From assembly GCF_964204865.1 (NCBI RefSeq), contig NC_135257.1, positions 3,472,001 to 3,536,000 on the forward strand: 64,000 nt of DNA. The letters run 5' to 3'. Positions 12,995-26,202 of this stretch are shown piece by piece. The stretch comes from Styela clava. Its lineage: Eukaryota. The number at the start of each line of letters is the position of its first letter. Position 1 is the first letter of the stretch. Under the pieces are notes generated by a model, which worked only from the letters and a program-made list of their open reading frames with translations, did no database searches and had not been told where the DNA came from. Both the position numbers and the translations under genes were made by a program.

Positions 12995-13690
12995 CGTTTA
13001 GATAATCGTTGTTACTGGGGTTGTACCGAATTCATGTTTTGATGCTGGGCTGTCGTTCGATCAGCAATATACTGCATGTTATATATTTAGATCCGGGTTG
13101 TATTAAATATAAATTAATTCAGTCAATTCTTCTGGATACAGAAGAGAGAGAAATTCATTATATCGCCAACCAGAAAAAAAAACGAGCATAGCAACAATAA
13201 TAAAAATATACAACACGCGAAAAGTTTTTCGGTATAGACGATGGTCAGAGTCTGCTCCCCGCACGACGAACAAAATGATTTATACGTAGAGAATAACGAG
13301 TTTTAAGTATTTTTATGTGTGAAATTGATCATCAGTTGGTAGAGTAGGTGGGTCAGAAAATCAAATCTCTATGCTCTTTCGAATACAATAAAAATTTTGC
13401 TCCTTTTATATGCAATCTAATTTTCGCTGTTGGATTTAAATTCCGAATTTGCTTTGAGAGCAGATATAAATTAAAAACAATATTTTGGTTTAAGACGTTT
13501 TCGTCTATATCTTTACTACTTTTGTTAAAAAATGCCTTTTGTTTGTTGGGAGGATACCGTTGATAGAGAACCTACTGGAAGGTAGTGAAAACCAACAGTG
13601 GTAGCCGAATTTAATATTTGATATTTTCAGGCTCTTTCATGGTGAAAATTTAAAGAAAGCTTTCCTATAACAAGAATGATGACAGAAAAG
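12995..13690 (+). repeat. Unclassified dispersed duplicated segment, copy 1 (right half; left half ~2365-2549)
   Basis: Collinear with 27354-28100 once the hAT is excised. Confidence 0.8.
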
Positions 13691-13978
13691 TAGATATATA
13701 TATATCTTACTCATGAAATATTTTGGACGAAATCAGCTATTAAAAAGAAACGTTGACCTACGTGAAATATTGTACTGGGGTTCCGTTCCACCTCAAATTT
13801 TCTAATTTGAAACATGCTACCATGCAGAATTGATCGATTTCGGCAGGCTCGTGCTCAACGAACAGCGTCCGTTCATGAGCCTTGAAGATCGACTGTCGGT
13901 ACGCTACCTTGTGTCTGAAATTTACGATTTTCTGTTGTGTTTTAGATAAGACTGGTAGAACTTTATACAACACTTTAC

Positions 13979-14720
13979 CCGCACCGCCTGAATATCCAAT
14001 AAGGAAGGAGAATACTATAAGAGTGGTTTGAATCAATGTAGCTTTCTGTTTATTATCTTGGCGTGAAACTGCTTGACCGAGTGTAACTGAAATGTACAAC
14101 AAAATATAACAAATACCCATTAATAACGTTCAGCATGAAGATAAAAACTGGGCATCTTTTGTATAAAGCCCCCGCCAGAAAATACACTGGCACCGCTTTA
14201 TAATATTTTTATCAAATTTCACATATTTTGCATTAGTAGCGGGGCTCCAAACTCTTGAAATTTTCTAAATCAATCATAAATTCGAATCTCATCGATAACT
14301 TTTTCTAATCTTCAGTAATATTTACTAAAGTTTAAAATGTATATATTTATTATAAATTAAGTAAAGTGTGTCATGAAAGACTTTCACATTTTCCACCATC
14401 TCGATAATGTCCGGAGATGATACTGATAAATATTACAATCGTACTCCTCGATTAAAGCATCCTGCTTCGTTTTTTTTTTTGGTGACGACGAGGAATGAAA
14501 TTTCGACGCAAGCAAAATACAGGCTACACGTGCAGGTGACGACCGCCTAAAAATGATACGCATGTTGTATGTATTGTATGCTCGTGTTTGATTTAGCTGA
14601 ATTATAAAACAGGTACTTACCTCGTTGCTTCCGTACTGATATGAGTTTAGTAATTATACAAATTGTACAGATGACAGTGCTGCCCATCGGAAGGAAGAGC
14701 ATAATTGGAACAGCAAATCT
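13979..14720 (-). pseudogene. Rhodopsin-class GPCR fragment, TM5-ICL3-TM6 (exons 14720-14621 and 14086-13979)
   Basis: Phase-compatible AG/GT exons give RFAVPIMLFLPMGSTVICTICIITKLISVRKQR-V-TLGQAVSRQDNKQKATLIQTTLIVFSFLIGYSGGA. I could not find the other exons. Confidence 0.65.
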
Positions 14721-17700
14721 CTGGAACAGTATTGTGATTTATTTAGCATTTCAAAGGAAAATCAGGCAGAAATGAGGAAGAAGAATTGACCTTTTGCTTT
14801 ATTTGTTAGGCCTACATGTTTACAAACTTTAAGAGGCATAAAGTACACATTAACAATCACAAAATTGAGTTTAGTTACAGGCAACAATGTTTCTTCGAGT
14901 CAAAGCGCGTGAGTTTTTTCCCGGATAATTTGGCGCCTGACGCACAAAAAGTTTTAAGGGTACCGCTGTCTTAGTGAATCCGTTCGTAAATAGGGGTTTA
15001 GTTCGAAGGTTTAGTTGTAAAAAGTAAATATTCATGCTTCCATTAATACTTTTACGATGATTGATCAAAACTTTAATCGATTGACAAATATCTATCGCAG
15101 GAGACTTTTCACAAAATGTCTCTGATTTGATATATTGGGTGAATTGAAACTGATATTATTTCCCTCTTTTTATTTTTCAATTTCTAGTCATGGCCTGCTT
15201 TCCTTTTCACAAGTTCAATATTCCATTAAATACTTGAAGTACTCATAATACTGATACAAAAATACCGTTTCAATTCGCGTAGCAATGTTACCCAAATTAC
15301 CAAAATATGAGCTCGAATTCATATCTGTTTGTCGACTAGTTCTGTTTAATAAAAACCTACCACGAGTACTTGACGAGTAGTTTGTGAATAATCAGTTCTC
15401 ATGCTGTGTTATTAAATATGGGTGATGTCAGCTCAATCGTGTAATTCGACTACATGGTATCGGTATAAAAATATTTTGTGGGGTTTCAATTTGAACTATC
15501 AACAATCATGTTATGATCAGGTTATAAATTATGAAAGCTATCAGATACATTGACGCAGGCATGTTTATTCCACTTAACAGGTGAATTGAGTAGATATTGC
15601 ATACTCATGAAATAGATATTTCGAATCGATGCGGGCATAATTTTGTTAATAACATAACAAATACATATTTTGTTAAATGTGTTCATTGATTGATTCATAT
15701 AATAACAGTGTATTTAATTAGTATTAGTATGAACGATCGGTCATATAGAGTTAAAGTATAGGTTTTGAAAGCAGCAATGCATCTGTTATTTACGCTTTTC
15801 TATGCTGAAATCATTTTAGATTTCATACCGACGGGTGTATTTATATTTCATTGCTTTTTATAATCAATATTTTATGTTGGTGTGTGAATATACAGAGTGA
15901 TTCCCCCCCCCCCCCCAAAAAAAAAATATTAACTTTGTTCGTGCTTGAAGTTCGGTTTGTGTATGATTATACACAAAAGCTTTCGAAATTAAATCGCTCC
16001 GTACTTAGTTTTGTTTTCCCATTTATATCCTCTGTAAGGGCATTCAAAGGAAAAATTTCAAACAATTGGCGACCTAAGGCTACAATTACAGAATAAAAAC
16101 GAAAAATCTACATAGAAGAGTATGAGCCAGTGATAATTTAGTGCAAGTATATTTTGGCAACATAACTCTATAACCTCATTTGATGTGTTATTAATCTTCA
16201 CCTCGGAATAATGTTGTGAGAATCATGTTATTCATCAATATTTAAAATAAAATTGTAGAGGAAAAAAGAGAAGAGAACAAATTCGGGCAAGCATATCAGT
16301 TCTTAGTAAAATAAATGTCTGATTTCAAGACCTCGAATTAAATTAACTAATATCAATTCTTCATCAATTCAAAATGTTTTAGCTGATTTTGCGTATTGGC
16401 TTTTGTTGTCGTTGAGGTATCAATATTATACACTACCAACGGCGGTACGGTGCGCAATTTTTATGACGTCTTCACATAAAAAAACGAATCTTATAGAGGC
16501 TACAGAAATTTTCTATAAAAATAAAAGTACTACCTTTCAGCGCAAAATAAAATCGTTGACCACTAACAATTTTAATCCAATTGGTCCAGTAGTTGAGGAA
16601 TGGTGCAATTTTTTCATAACAATAAAAAGAAAAATACCAACAAGAACAACAGCAGCAAAAAAAAAAAACGATTCATATGTACATTTAGTGTCCAAAAAGA
16701 ACAACAAAACAACAAAACGATACCAATGCACTTTGTTTAAAAAACACACACAAAATAAATTACACCTTTTTCAATTAAATTACAATAATTGGCGATCCAG
16801 ATTTCAGTAATTTCGTGATATCAATTTCAGCAGAATCATGAATTTATTTTTGGTTACATCAAAAACAATCACGTAGATATTAATGTGTTTGTGGTAAGCA
16901 GTATCGATACAAATAATAATATAATACACTTTCGTTTTTTTGTAGGTTAGATGATATATGACCAATACCCACAGGTAAGTGCAGGAACAACCAGAGTTGC
17001 AGAATTAACATTTTCAAAAGATTCCTACCCACTATTGGAAATGCAAGCTTTTTGAAAGAAAGATTGCTTTTTGAACATTGTGTATTATTGCATACATTCG
17101 AAAATATAATAAATTGGCATAATATATAATAATTTAGATAACTGCAAAGTGAGAGAGCGGGATATACAAAAAAATGTTCCCTAAAATGGAAAGACTAGCA
17201 GACAATAACCAACTTCAACTTCAAAAACAAAGTATAGCCATCTTCAAATATACTCCTTCCCCTCCAGTCGCGAATAGAAAAACATTCGATTGATTTATAT
17301 AACATCCTTATGAAGCAATATATTATATTATTGTTGTACGAAATAGCAAATAATAATGATCCGAAAATAGTGTTTCGAAATGAAGGTTTGTACACAAACT
17401 GCGTCAAAATTTTTCACATATTTCTATACTGCTCAGATCCGAAATTTCAATCCGAAAAAAATAATTATCGAGGTATACTAAAATATTGGTATCCGCGATC
17501 ATGGGTCGGATGCTGTTTTTGCTACAGTTAGAACGTAGTAATACAAGTTTTTACAGGTTCTGCTAAATATATTGCTGGCGTATATTTTTTGCTGTATTTA
17601 TCTTTTTGGGTGTGTTTGGAGTATTTGCAAACGGTGTTACCATTTTTGTGATCACGAAGAATAATGAGCTTAAAAAGTGAGTTTTGACGAGTATTTGAGT

Positions 17701-18769
17701 TTCTTACAATCAATAGTTAGGAAAATGTCATAAGTTTACTATATTACCGGCTTACCATTTTCTAAAAGTTTTTGGTATAATGACTTACCGCATAAAATCC
17801 GCATAAATGCTACAATATAATCGACTATAGTACAGCCATACCCCCATCCTCCCACCAAAAAACAACCCAGATCATATGGAAAATATTTTAGAGAGAACAT
17901 ACATAACTTTTGTGCAAGGCGTCATAGATCGATGAAACTTTTTGGGCATTTACGAGAAAACAGAAGTGTTATTTTTTTATTTTCAAAATAGTAATTAAAA
18001 ATTTATGGGTCCAGATTAAGATTTTTCGAGTCACTGCCCATACCGTCACAAATACAGAAGAATAAGCAGAAAGATTACGGATTTATTTACATAGGAACGG
18101 CTCATTTCATGTTACATGCCTTTTTAGTTATCTTTGAAAAAGCTAATTTCCATTTACCAGGATGTGATCCCTTGTCCGAGCAAGTTAACACAAACATTTA
18201 TTTGAAGTTCTTTTTCTATGTGGCAAGAGAAGATTACTCATATGTTTTGTGCCTGTTTTCTATGGCGTTTCTATTGAAAAAGACTGTTTTCAATTTTTAT
18301 TGTTTATCAGGTCTGCGTTCAACATTCTTCTAGTAAGTCTTTGCGTCTCCAATTTCATTTCTGCTTCTAATAGTTCAATTCAATCCTATCGTTTGTTATG
18401 GTCTTTGAGGACGTACACTGGACCAGAATTTTTTTGCAAGGTAAAAAAATATTCACAGATGCACTTTTGGAGTTATTCATTTTGCAATTAGCTCTTTTTG
18501 ATGAAACAATATCATGTCACTGACAATTCTAAAATTTTGTGTTTGATCGGTTTTTCCCATCCAAAATAAATGTAATGATATTATAATAATATAAACACAT
18601 ATATACTATGAATAAATAGATGTATGATGAAATGGGTAGTGTCAAACTCTAATATTCCAGTCATTTAGTTAGGCCCAGGTCATATCGGTTGTAGTAGTGA
18701 CTTTATTTGTTATAATCCATGCAAATGAAAAACGCCTTACGTTTTAAAGATAATTTTGTGCAAGTTGAT

Positions 18770-19376
18770 TCACTGCGAGATCCTATCAGAAGTAATTAAC
18801 CTGCATATTTTCAACCTATCTGTAAGTTTTTGAAAGTCTAGGCAATATGTAGTCAATGTAGTGTGAGGAATCAAATCTGTCACATGATCATTTGTTAGAG
18901 TTGCACGAAATTTTGATTGTATAGAGTTCATTATTGAGGAACAACGACTCACAGCAGTATGTTGTGCTAAAACAGAAAGGAGTCGTACGCTGGCCTTTTT
19001 AATTTCAGGGTTTTTATTGTCTGGAGCTTTTTTTTTCACAGTGTATAGCACGAGAAATATCCCCTGTTATAACAAAACTAGCTTCAGTTGTTGCACCGGA
19101 TTTTTTGCCAATTGATATCATAAATTTCTGCTGTATTTCTAGTAAAAATTCACGTTCATTCACGTTTCATGGACATGGTGCCTACGCTACAACGATTTTC
19201 ATACTAAAACATAATTTTTCTTAATCTCTGATGAAAACTTTTTGTACCGCTTAATAAATTAAAAAAAACTGTTACACTACAGTTTCTCTTATTCAGATTT
19301 GGACAACAATCAATGTTAGCCGAAAGAGAGCCGAATAAAATGTGGCCAGCGAGTCGCGGTTTGCCCGCCGTTGCTA
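18770..19376 (-). mobile_element. Decayed hAT (SPIN/GTF2IRD2-like) relic
   Basis: Frameshifted hATC-like tail SIMNSIQSKFRATLTNDHVTDL...DFQKL. Degenerate GC-rich hAT end at ~19340-19376. Confidence 0.6.
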
Positions 19377-19464
19377 AAGGCACATCCGCCTAACATCTTT
19401 GGGGTTGCTTCTTATAAAGTTTTATTCAAAATTATTGTAACAAGATGTTTCTTCTTTTTTCCAG

Positions 19465-20580
19465 ATTACTCATAGTTTTTGTATTTGGACCGAATGCGTT
19501 ACAGTTCAACATATCCTAATATTCAGCATTGTTCGTCTGTATGCGCTGAAATGTCCGATGCGTGTCAAGCGTGTGTTTACGGCGAGCATAGCAAAGGTAT
19601 ATCTATGTAATTTAATTTGATAAGGTTTTGATTTAATCAAAATTTGGGACAGAAAAATAATTAAATTTGTTTAAATCATAAACCTATCCTCATACGAATA
19701 TTACTATCTATATATTTTCAGATTACGGCTGTTGTTATCTGGTGGGAAGTGTTTTTAGTAGCAGCAATATTTCGCTATATGTTTGCGGCTAATTATCCAG
19801 TACAACCAGATTTAGCTTTTTCGGGCTGCGTTCCAGTCGGACTTGAATGGTCATAATTGAGTGAAATTTACAATCCTATATTTCTACATATATTTCTTGA
19901 TTGAAGGATTTAATCAATTTCACGAACATACCTAAATCCTGATGTAATCCTTGATGCCAATAACTATTTTATAACTCTGATTTAGTAAAATAACCTATAT
20001 ATATCGCATAATATTATTGTGTCACCAGTTTAATACCAAATATTTTGGACATATACTTATTTCAATGTCCAATTGTGCTCGATAATTTGACTTTTCAGTC
20101 GAAATATTGTTTTCTGAAAACACAAAATCATTCACAATTTAAAAGTAATTAGAACTTCAAATTTATTTTTTGCCATAAAGTACTTGCACCTGCAGTCTTT
20201 GAACTCCGATTTTTATGAATGAAAAAGGTTTGCAATTCTTGAAAATATTAAAAGTAATACCATGTCTGATTTTCCAGTTTAAAATCAGACGTAAAACTGT
20301 TTATTATGTTATATTTACGGGGGAAATTGAGATGTTGTATTTTGAATAAATATCAATAATCCGTGGATGCTGGGTTTAATTTCAGTTCGTAAACACTTCA
20401 GTATTGTTTACATAACACAGCATAATTTTCCCTGTCTCAAAAAAAAATACATTTTGGAAACATTCTCATCCACTTCTCTGTAATCATCTAATATATTTTC
20501 ACAGGATTGAAGCATTTCAACTACACAAGTATACAGTACCGTTCATGTTTTTCCTACCGATGTCCGGAATAATATGTTAG
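19465..20580 (+). pseudogene. Rhodopsin-class peptide GPCR fragment, TM3-TM5 (exons 19465-19596, 19722-19849, 20505-~20577)
   Basis: Spliced translation ITHSFCIWTECVTVQHILIFSIVRLYALKCPMRVKRVFTASIAK/ITAVVIWWEVFLVAAIFRYMF...SGCVPVGLEW/IEAFQLHKYTVPFMFFLPMSGIIC*. TAG at 20578-20580 falls within TM5 unless a weak donor at 20576 is used. Confidence 0.7.
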
Positions 20581-20979
20581 ATAAATTCTTTGAAATGGTG
20601 TAATTGAAGCTTAAGTTACGGGTATTGTATCTAATTCGATTATTACATTTAATTTTTAAGTGAACAGACTTCTTCTATCGATGCCCTTCTATTCTAAGAT
20701 TCCTCTTTCCTTAAGGACTTGGTTTATCTTTATCAGTTACCTGCTTCTAAGATTGAGTGAATGTCTAAATCCTGTTTTCTACTGCCTTGGTTCTGAGTAA
20801 GTGAATTTTTGATAGACTTGAAGTACGAATAAACTGACTGTAAACTGTTTGGCAAACAATTTAAAACGATTAGATATTTGACCGTTTCAATCACACAAAA
20901 TGAAGAGTTCTCTATTTGTCAATAAGCAACGCTAAACCAACGTACGTAAAATGATTTATGTATATCAAAACGAGATGGA

Positions 20980-21435
20980 CAGGCTTGTCCATGGGACATA
21001 TTTTTCTGTCCCATTCCCATCCCATAGTAATTATGACTGTCCTATCACCATCATCCCATGGGATTTCGATTGGAATAAAATTCAATAAAAAGTGTTAAAT
21101 TTAGGTTTAGCGTCTACTAAATAGGACTACATGTACGAAGAGACATGCAAAACAACAAAATTCACGGTCTTTGTTAACTTTATATTCATAGCTAATATAC
21201 ATGTGTCCATCAGCCCCTTCACAAAGTATATTGTTAATGCTGAATATGTTTTGCTCTTTATAACTAACAAGAGGGCTATGCTCAAATATATGGACACGAA
21301 ATCCATAACAAAATGCTTTACCATCATTTCCCCGAAAATCAAACGGTTTTGTGTCCCACATATCCCATGAGAAATACAGATGTGTGCTGTCACATCTCAT
21401 CCCACCCCATGGGACGTTTCCCGTGGACAAGCCTG
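20980..21435. mobile_element. Non-autonomous TIR element (probably hAT)
   Basis: TIR caggcttgtccatggga versus tcccgtggacaagcctg, with subterminal tccca/tggga motifs. TSD is degenerate. Confidence 0.7.
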
Positions 21436-22012
21436 GAAAAGGGATTATATATTCTTGACACCATTAAAACTAGTTAATACTTGATTTATTAGTACATTGA
21501 TGAAGGCCACAAAGAAGATCTTTTTCAAAAGAAAGCTTGACACAGTCGGGGGTGTAAACAGGAATCTACAACCTCCGAACAACATTTCAGTGTCAGTCTC
21601 CCGTACCAGAATATCCTTGACGTAAAAATAAACAAACATTTCAAAAGCGACTAAATGTGATTGGCTGAATTGTGGAGTTCACACGGTGAAATTATGTCTA
21701 TGATTAGTTTTTTTGTAAATGTGATCTCGATATGTTTTTGCCTGAACCACAATAATTTTTCGAGTTTGTTATCTGTCATTAGTAACAATAATTAGAGTTT
21801 TTTGGGTCTGTTTTGAATACTAGAATTGCAGTTGTAAATATCGAATATTTATGATACGTTATGTAAAATATGAAAGTCTGAATTTTTATTTGCAAGTAAA
21901 ATTACACAAATAATCACAAAATTGATTTATTGTCATTGTTTGTTTAAATAAAATTCACAGAGTGCTTTAATTACTGTGAGCATCCTCTCATCACTAATTC
22001 AATGAGCTAAGT

Positions 22013-23372
22013 CAGGGTGACCCAAGATTGCGAGGTTGGCGGGCCGCAAACAAAATTTGAGGATGTCTCGCGGGCCGCAGTCGGAGAGAACCCAAAATGG
22101 ATTCAAACATCGCCAGTTTTCCACTTTACATATATATATTAGATATGAAAGTTTACCGTTTCATTCAATTTTTTAATTATATATATATAAAGCCTTTAAT
22201 CAGTGGCGTAGCCAGCCCAAAATTTTGGGGGGGGGGGCCAAATTTGAAAATTTTAGAAATTATATTGGGTTTAAAACACCCGTTCTTTAAGCGCAAAACA
22301 ACAACAGTTGGTCAACAAGCAAACTGATTCAATTACTCAGCTGGATTTTTGTGAATACAAAATCCATTAATAAACAATTTTTTATTTGAAACAACAAATA
22401 TTAACAACGCAATTTGAATAAGTAAAATACATCGCCCCGATTAAAAGTCCATCCTCCGCTTCCCGCTAACTATGCTCGACACAACTCGATTAATTTTCTC
22501 CTCGGTGACCATTTCACGGTGACAGTGAAGCACACACAAATCAGAAAGGCGATTGGACGTCATTGATGAGCGCAGCCATGTCTTTACCCGTTTCCTTCCG
22601 GAGAAGGAATACTGGAATACTGGAAGGAATCTATTTTCGTGTTTGGTTTTATTATATCGCTTCAAATTATATTTATATATATTACTTGAAAACACACCAG
22701 ACACTGTGGTTTAACGTTAATTGTTATGAGTTAGGAAATACGTTTCCTCACAGTTTACCTCGGTCACCTTTTTACACTCATTGTATGAGGGATTGTTATC
22801 TAATTTTATTAGCATACTTGTAGCGTGAGAAGGCCTGGTGCTTTCGTCAAAAAACAACCAAGTCTGTCAAAGTTGGTGCTCCCGACCCAGCTAAAAAAAA
22901 TAACTGGATCGCGTGGCGCTAAGTCATCTTTGTTCGTTACTTCTGTCACATGGCCAACGCTTGAAAATAGAGGAGTAATTTTACTAAAAGACACGAAACG
23001 TCTCCCCAAATGCGGAGTTACTTGACGCGAGCTTAAGATACGAAGTTTAGATTAAAATCGCGACCCATCAGATCGGCTTGGTCCTGTTTGCACAAGACAA
23101 TCCATTCTCCTTGTATCAATCACAGGACGTCATTCTGATATTGGCACCGCACTGTTTCGACGTTCATTGATACAGCATTGAAATTCCGTGATTTTACCAA
23201 ACCTGAATTCCGACATCGGAATCAGGAAAAGGGCTATTTTCAGTTGGAAAAGTTGAAACAAAACTCCAAAATGCTCTGCCAATAAAAACAAATATTTGCC
23301 AATGATATAGTGCACACTAAAATTGATCTGCGGGTCGCATGCGGCTCGCGGGCTGCGGTTTGGACAACCCTG
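22013..23372 (-). mobile_element. Internally deleted Buster/SPIN hAT carrying the 3' end of a second hAT
   Basis: Ends cagggtgacccaa and ttggacaaccctg with gcgggccgc subterminal motifs. TSD agctaagt versus a-ctaagt. BED-finger relic EETYFLTHNN..KPQCLVCFQV..YNLKRYNKTKH on the minus strand. Confidence 0.8.
22201..22620 (-). mobile_element. 3' remnant of a Tip100/ZMYM1-P52rIPK-type hAT
   Basis: TIR cagtggcgtagccag plus G-run at 22201. hATC tail FSGRKRVKTWLRSSMTSNRLSDLCVLHCHRE...KRRMDF*. Confidence 0.7.
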
Positions 23373-24659
23373 ACTAAGTGTTTGTCCGAAAGGTGCAAAC
23401 GGTATCTTTATATACCCGTATGATCATCTAAAAATAAATAAAAGTAAGTGCTTCCCAGCAAAAATACAGTCTTTAAACACTGAAAATTTCAAAGCAATCG
23501 TTCCAGTAAATAGAAAGAAAAGCGATTTTTCATAATAGCAAGAAAAAAAAATACAAAAAGAACATTTCCGACAAAGCCCTCATTTTTTTCGTAAACCGTT
23601 TTGTAGAATAAATCAAATACATTTCTTTTTTGCCCAAGACAAAACGCAATTTGCAGCTCACAAACGCACAAGGTGCAGCTAAACTACGAAGACACACAAA
23701 ATAGGAAAGTGGTGTAAATAAATTTTCTTCATTTCCTGGTCCAAGACAAAAATTCTTTTGCCAGATTGCAACTACAGCGCAATTTGCAGCTTGCGAACAT
23801 CGAGGATGCAGCTAACCTACATAGACTTACAAAATATGAAAATGACGTAAATAGACAATTTCAAATTATTCATTTTTACGAATTTTAGATGGCGACTTCA
23901 ATACTTATAGGACACGGAAAGGACTTCTCGACAATCTCGACAATTCGCTAACGGTATATAAAATCGACGTTTGATACCCATGTCGAAAACGCATATTTTT
24001 CGTTCAGTTTTCCGCCTATTTACCACAACAACTCGTTGCTTTGAAAGTCATGCGTTAAAGACAATTTATAGTTTACTAGTACGGCGTAATAAGTTGCAGT
24101 TACCTACATAAATAGTGGGTCAAGTCAAATTATTTTTTCCAACCAGTAAAAAACAAACACAAACAATATTCAAAAAGAGGTAATAATACATTTTACTTTG
24201 GAAGATTAAGCGCGTTTAACTAAATTAGAAGGCTTCAAGCACTTGGGAAATTGGGATGGGATTCAATCAATTGCATATCAAGTATTATCGCATCCACTGC
24301 ACCTTCGCTTAATTAGAACGCATCTCGAATAGGAAATTGATGAACCCTGACATGCCTGCATATTTTCCAGTATTTTTATTTTGCCACGAAAACGATTTAA
24401 TCGCTAGAATCCTCTTGTTCAAAATAATTTTAATTCAAAAAACAGAGTGAACAATGAAAGTTCGTTCCAGGTTTTTAAAGAATAACTTAAAGACTAAAAA
24501 TCGAGTTGGGCTAAGACTCAAAGATTTTAGATTCCTTTTCCGCGTTCCATGTATTTTGACAAGAATTAGGCAAACATTTGAATAAAATCATGATTAAACT
24601 TAAAGGCAAATATAATAAGATTTTATTTACAGGCAATCAAAGCTGTTCAATTATTTTAC

Positions 24660-25140
24660 TAGAATGTTAAATCGGTCGTATTTTCATCTTCGTAACTTTG
24701 ATAGAATAATATTGTCCCATCAATGCAGGAAGACCATGCAACACCATCTGCGTAAGATTTGTGGACTCCGCCACTGAAGTAATGACCATTTAAAATGCTT
24801 GAATGGCAGCTCGTGTACCACCATCCCCCTTTTAAAAAAATGCACAATTCGCAGAATTTGAATCATTGTCTTGAACCTTAGTCGTAAATCATTGACCGTT
24901 GTGACACCTCAAATAATCCCCCGCGTCTCCAGTGTATCCTCTAATAGCGAGTGCAATACTCCTATTTCGGTCCTCCCATTTTAAAATTTCTGTGAAATTA
25001 ATATCAACGTTTAGACTTTAGAATCCAATGAAGTAAATCATATGAGATAATTAAATAATTCTTACGAATATTTTGCATATTTTTCCCAATCTCCCAAATC
25101 AATACGAAGTTCGTAGTCATTATCACGCGTCAACAGTATT
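24660..25140 (-). pseudogene. Fibrinogen C-terminal domain (FReD; ficolin/FIBCD1/tenascin-like) pseudogene
   Basis: Exon ~25140-25066 gives LLTRDNDYELRIDLGDW..YAKY. Exon 24989-~24670 gives NFKMG...GYTGDAGD...[13 protein letters not shown]...NCA / [17 protein letters not shown]...YADGVAW. Stops at 24962-24964 and 24889-24891 plus frameshifts. Confidence 0.88.
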
Positions 25141-25769
25141 TCATTTAAAAATATTATATATAATAAAAACATTAATATAAGAATATGCGTTAAACCCACT
25201 TTTTTGATTTTCTGATTGACTTCTTGTTGAAACGTAACCAACGTCATGAACCGATGATTCATAATTATTCAGGTATCATCATTATTTTTGGGAAAAACCG
25301 TAGATGTATCGTTAAAGTTATATATCTTTGCTGAAGTTTTTTTTTCAACAATGTAGTAGTATTTCAGCGAAAACAACTCTGTGAAACGTCAGAGAATTTC
25401 CAATCTTTTTCAATTTCAAACATACGGGACTTTTGCATCCACTTTCTGTTGACATGGCGCAGTCGACATGTCAATTTTCGTGAAACTCAGTCAGTAGACT
25501 TATGGTCAGTTAGCAGTAATGGTGATTGTCCAATATTGATTTGTTTTATTGTTACATTTCAAGATAAAGTTTCAATAGTTTGCGTATTCTTGATATTGCA
25601 TCTGTTACCGACTAACACCATATAAAACATCTATCTCACTACAAGATCTGATTTATAAAGCATTATAGCAGCAACTGTCAGTATTGGTATCGGCTTATTG
25701 GTATCGGCGCTTTTCGTTAGTATTGGATAGATATCTGTATGGCCTGGAAAAAGGGTTATCGGTACATAC

Positions 25770-26202
25770 AAAAGTGTCGTGTTTTTAGGGGACTTGCGTA
25801 TAGCTTGATTTTATATCGATTGCTTTCTATGCATATGTCAATAATCCAGTATCGTGTTGTATTGTTTGGCCTAGAACTTCTAAAGTTTGCCTCTACCTAA
25901 TTGCTAATAGTAATAACAACATACTTTGACGAATCAATAATAATAGAATGAAGAAATAATCCACTTTCACTAACGAAATATTCAGTAACGGCGATCGAGC
26001 CTTGTCTTCTATCGCGTTGCGCATTGTTGATAAACGTATATCTCCGCATTCAAGCCTGCATCGGCCGAAACTTCCATGGGTCGCAACGTCTGTAAGCCGT
26101 CTTCGACTTCGTATTTTAGAGTGTAGACTACTCTATTTCGTTAAAACGCATTCCTAAATTCAAAATCTGCAAATGTAACTTGCGACTAAGATGTTCGATA
26201 CC
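25770..26202 (+). repeat. Dispersed repeat, copy 1 (copy 2 at 32723-33130)
   Basis: Collinear diverged copies running aaaagtg(t/c)cgtgtttttagggga...aattcaaaatctgcaaat...gatacc. The adjacent 25571-25670 segment recurs at 29993-30095. Confidence 0.75.

Noticed and set aside
16760-16974. Possible TM2/ECL1 exons of the plus-strand GPCR
   Set aside because: Good splice donors are present, but the translations contain stops and no clear GPCR motif.
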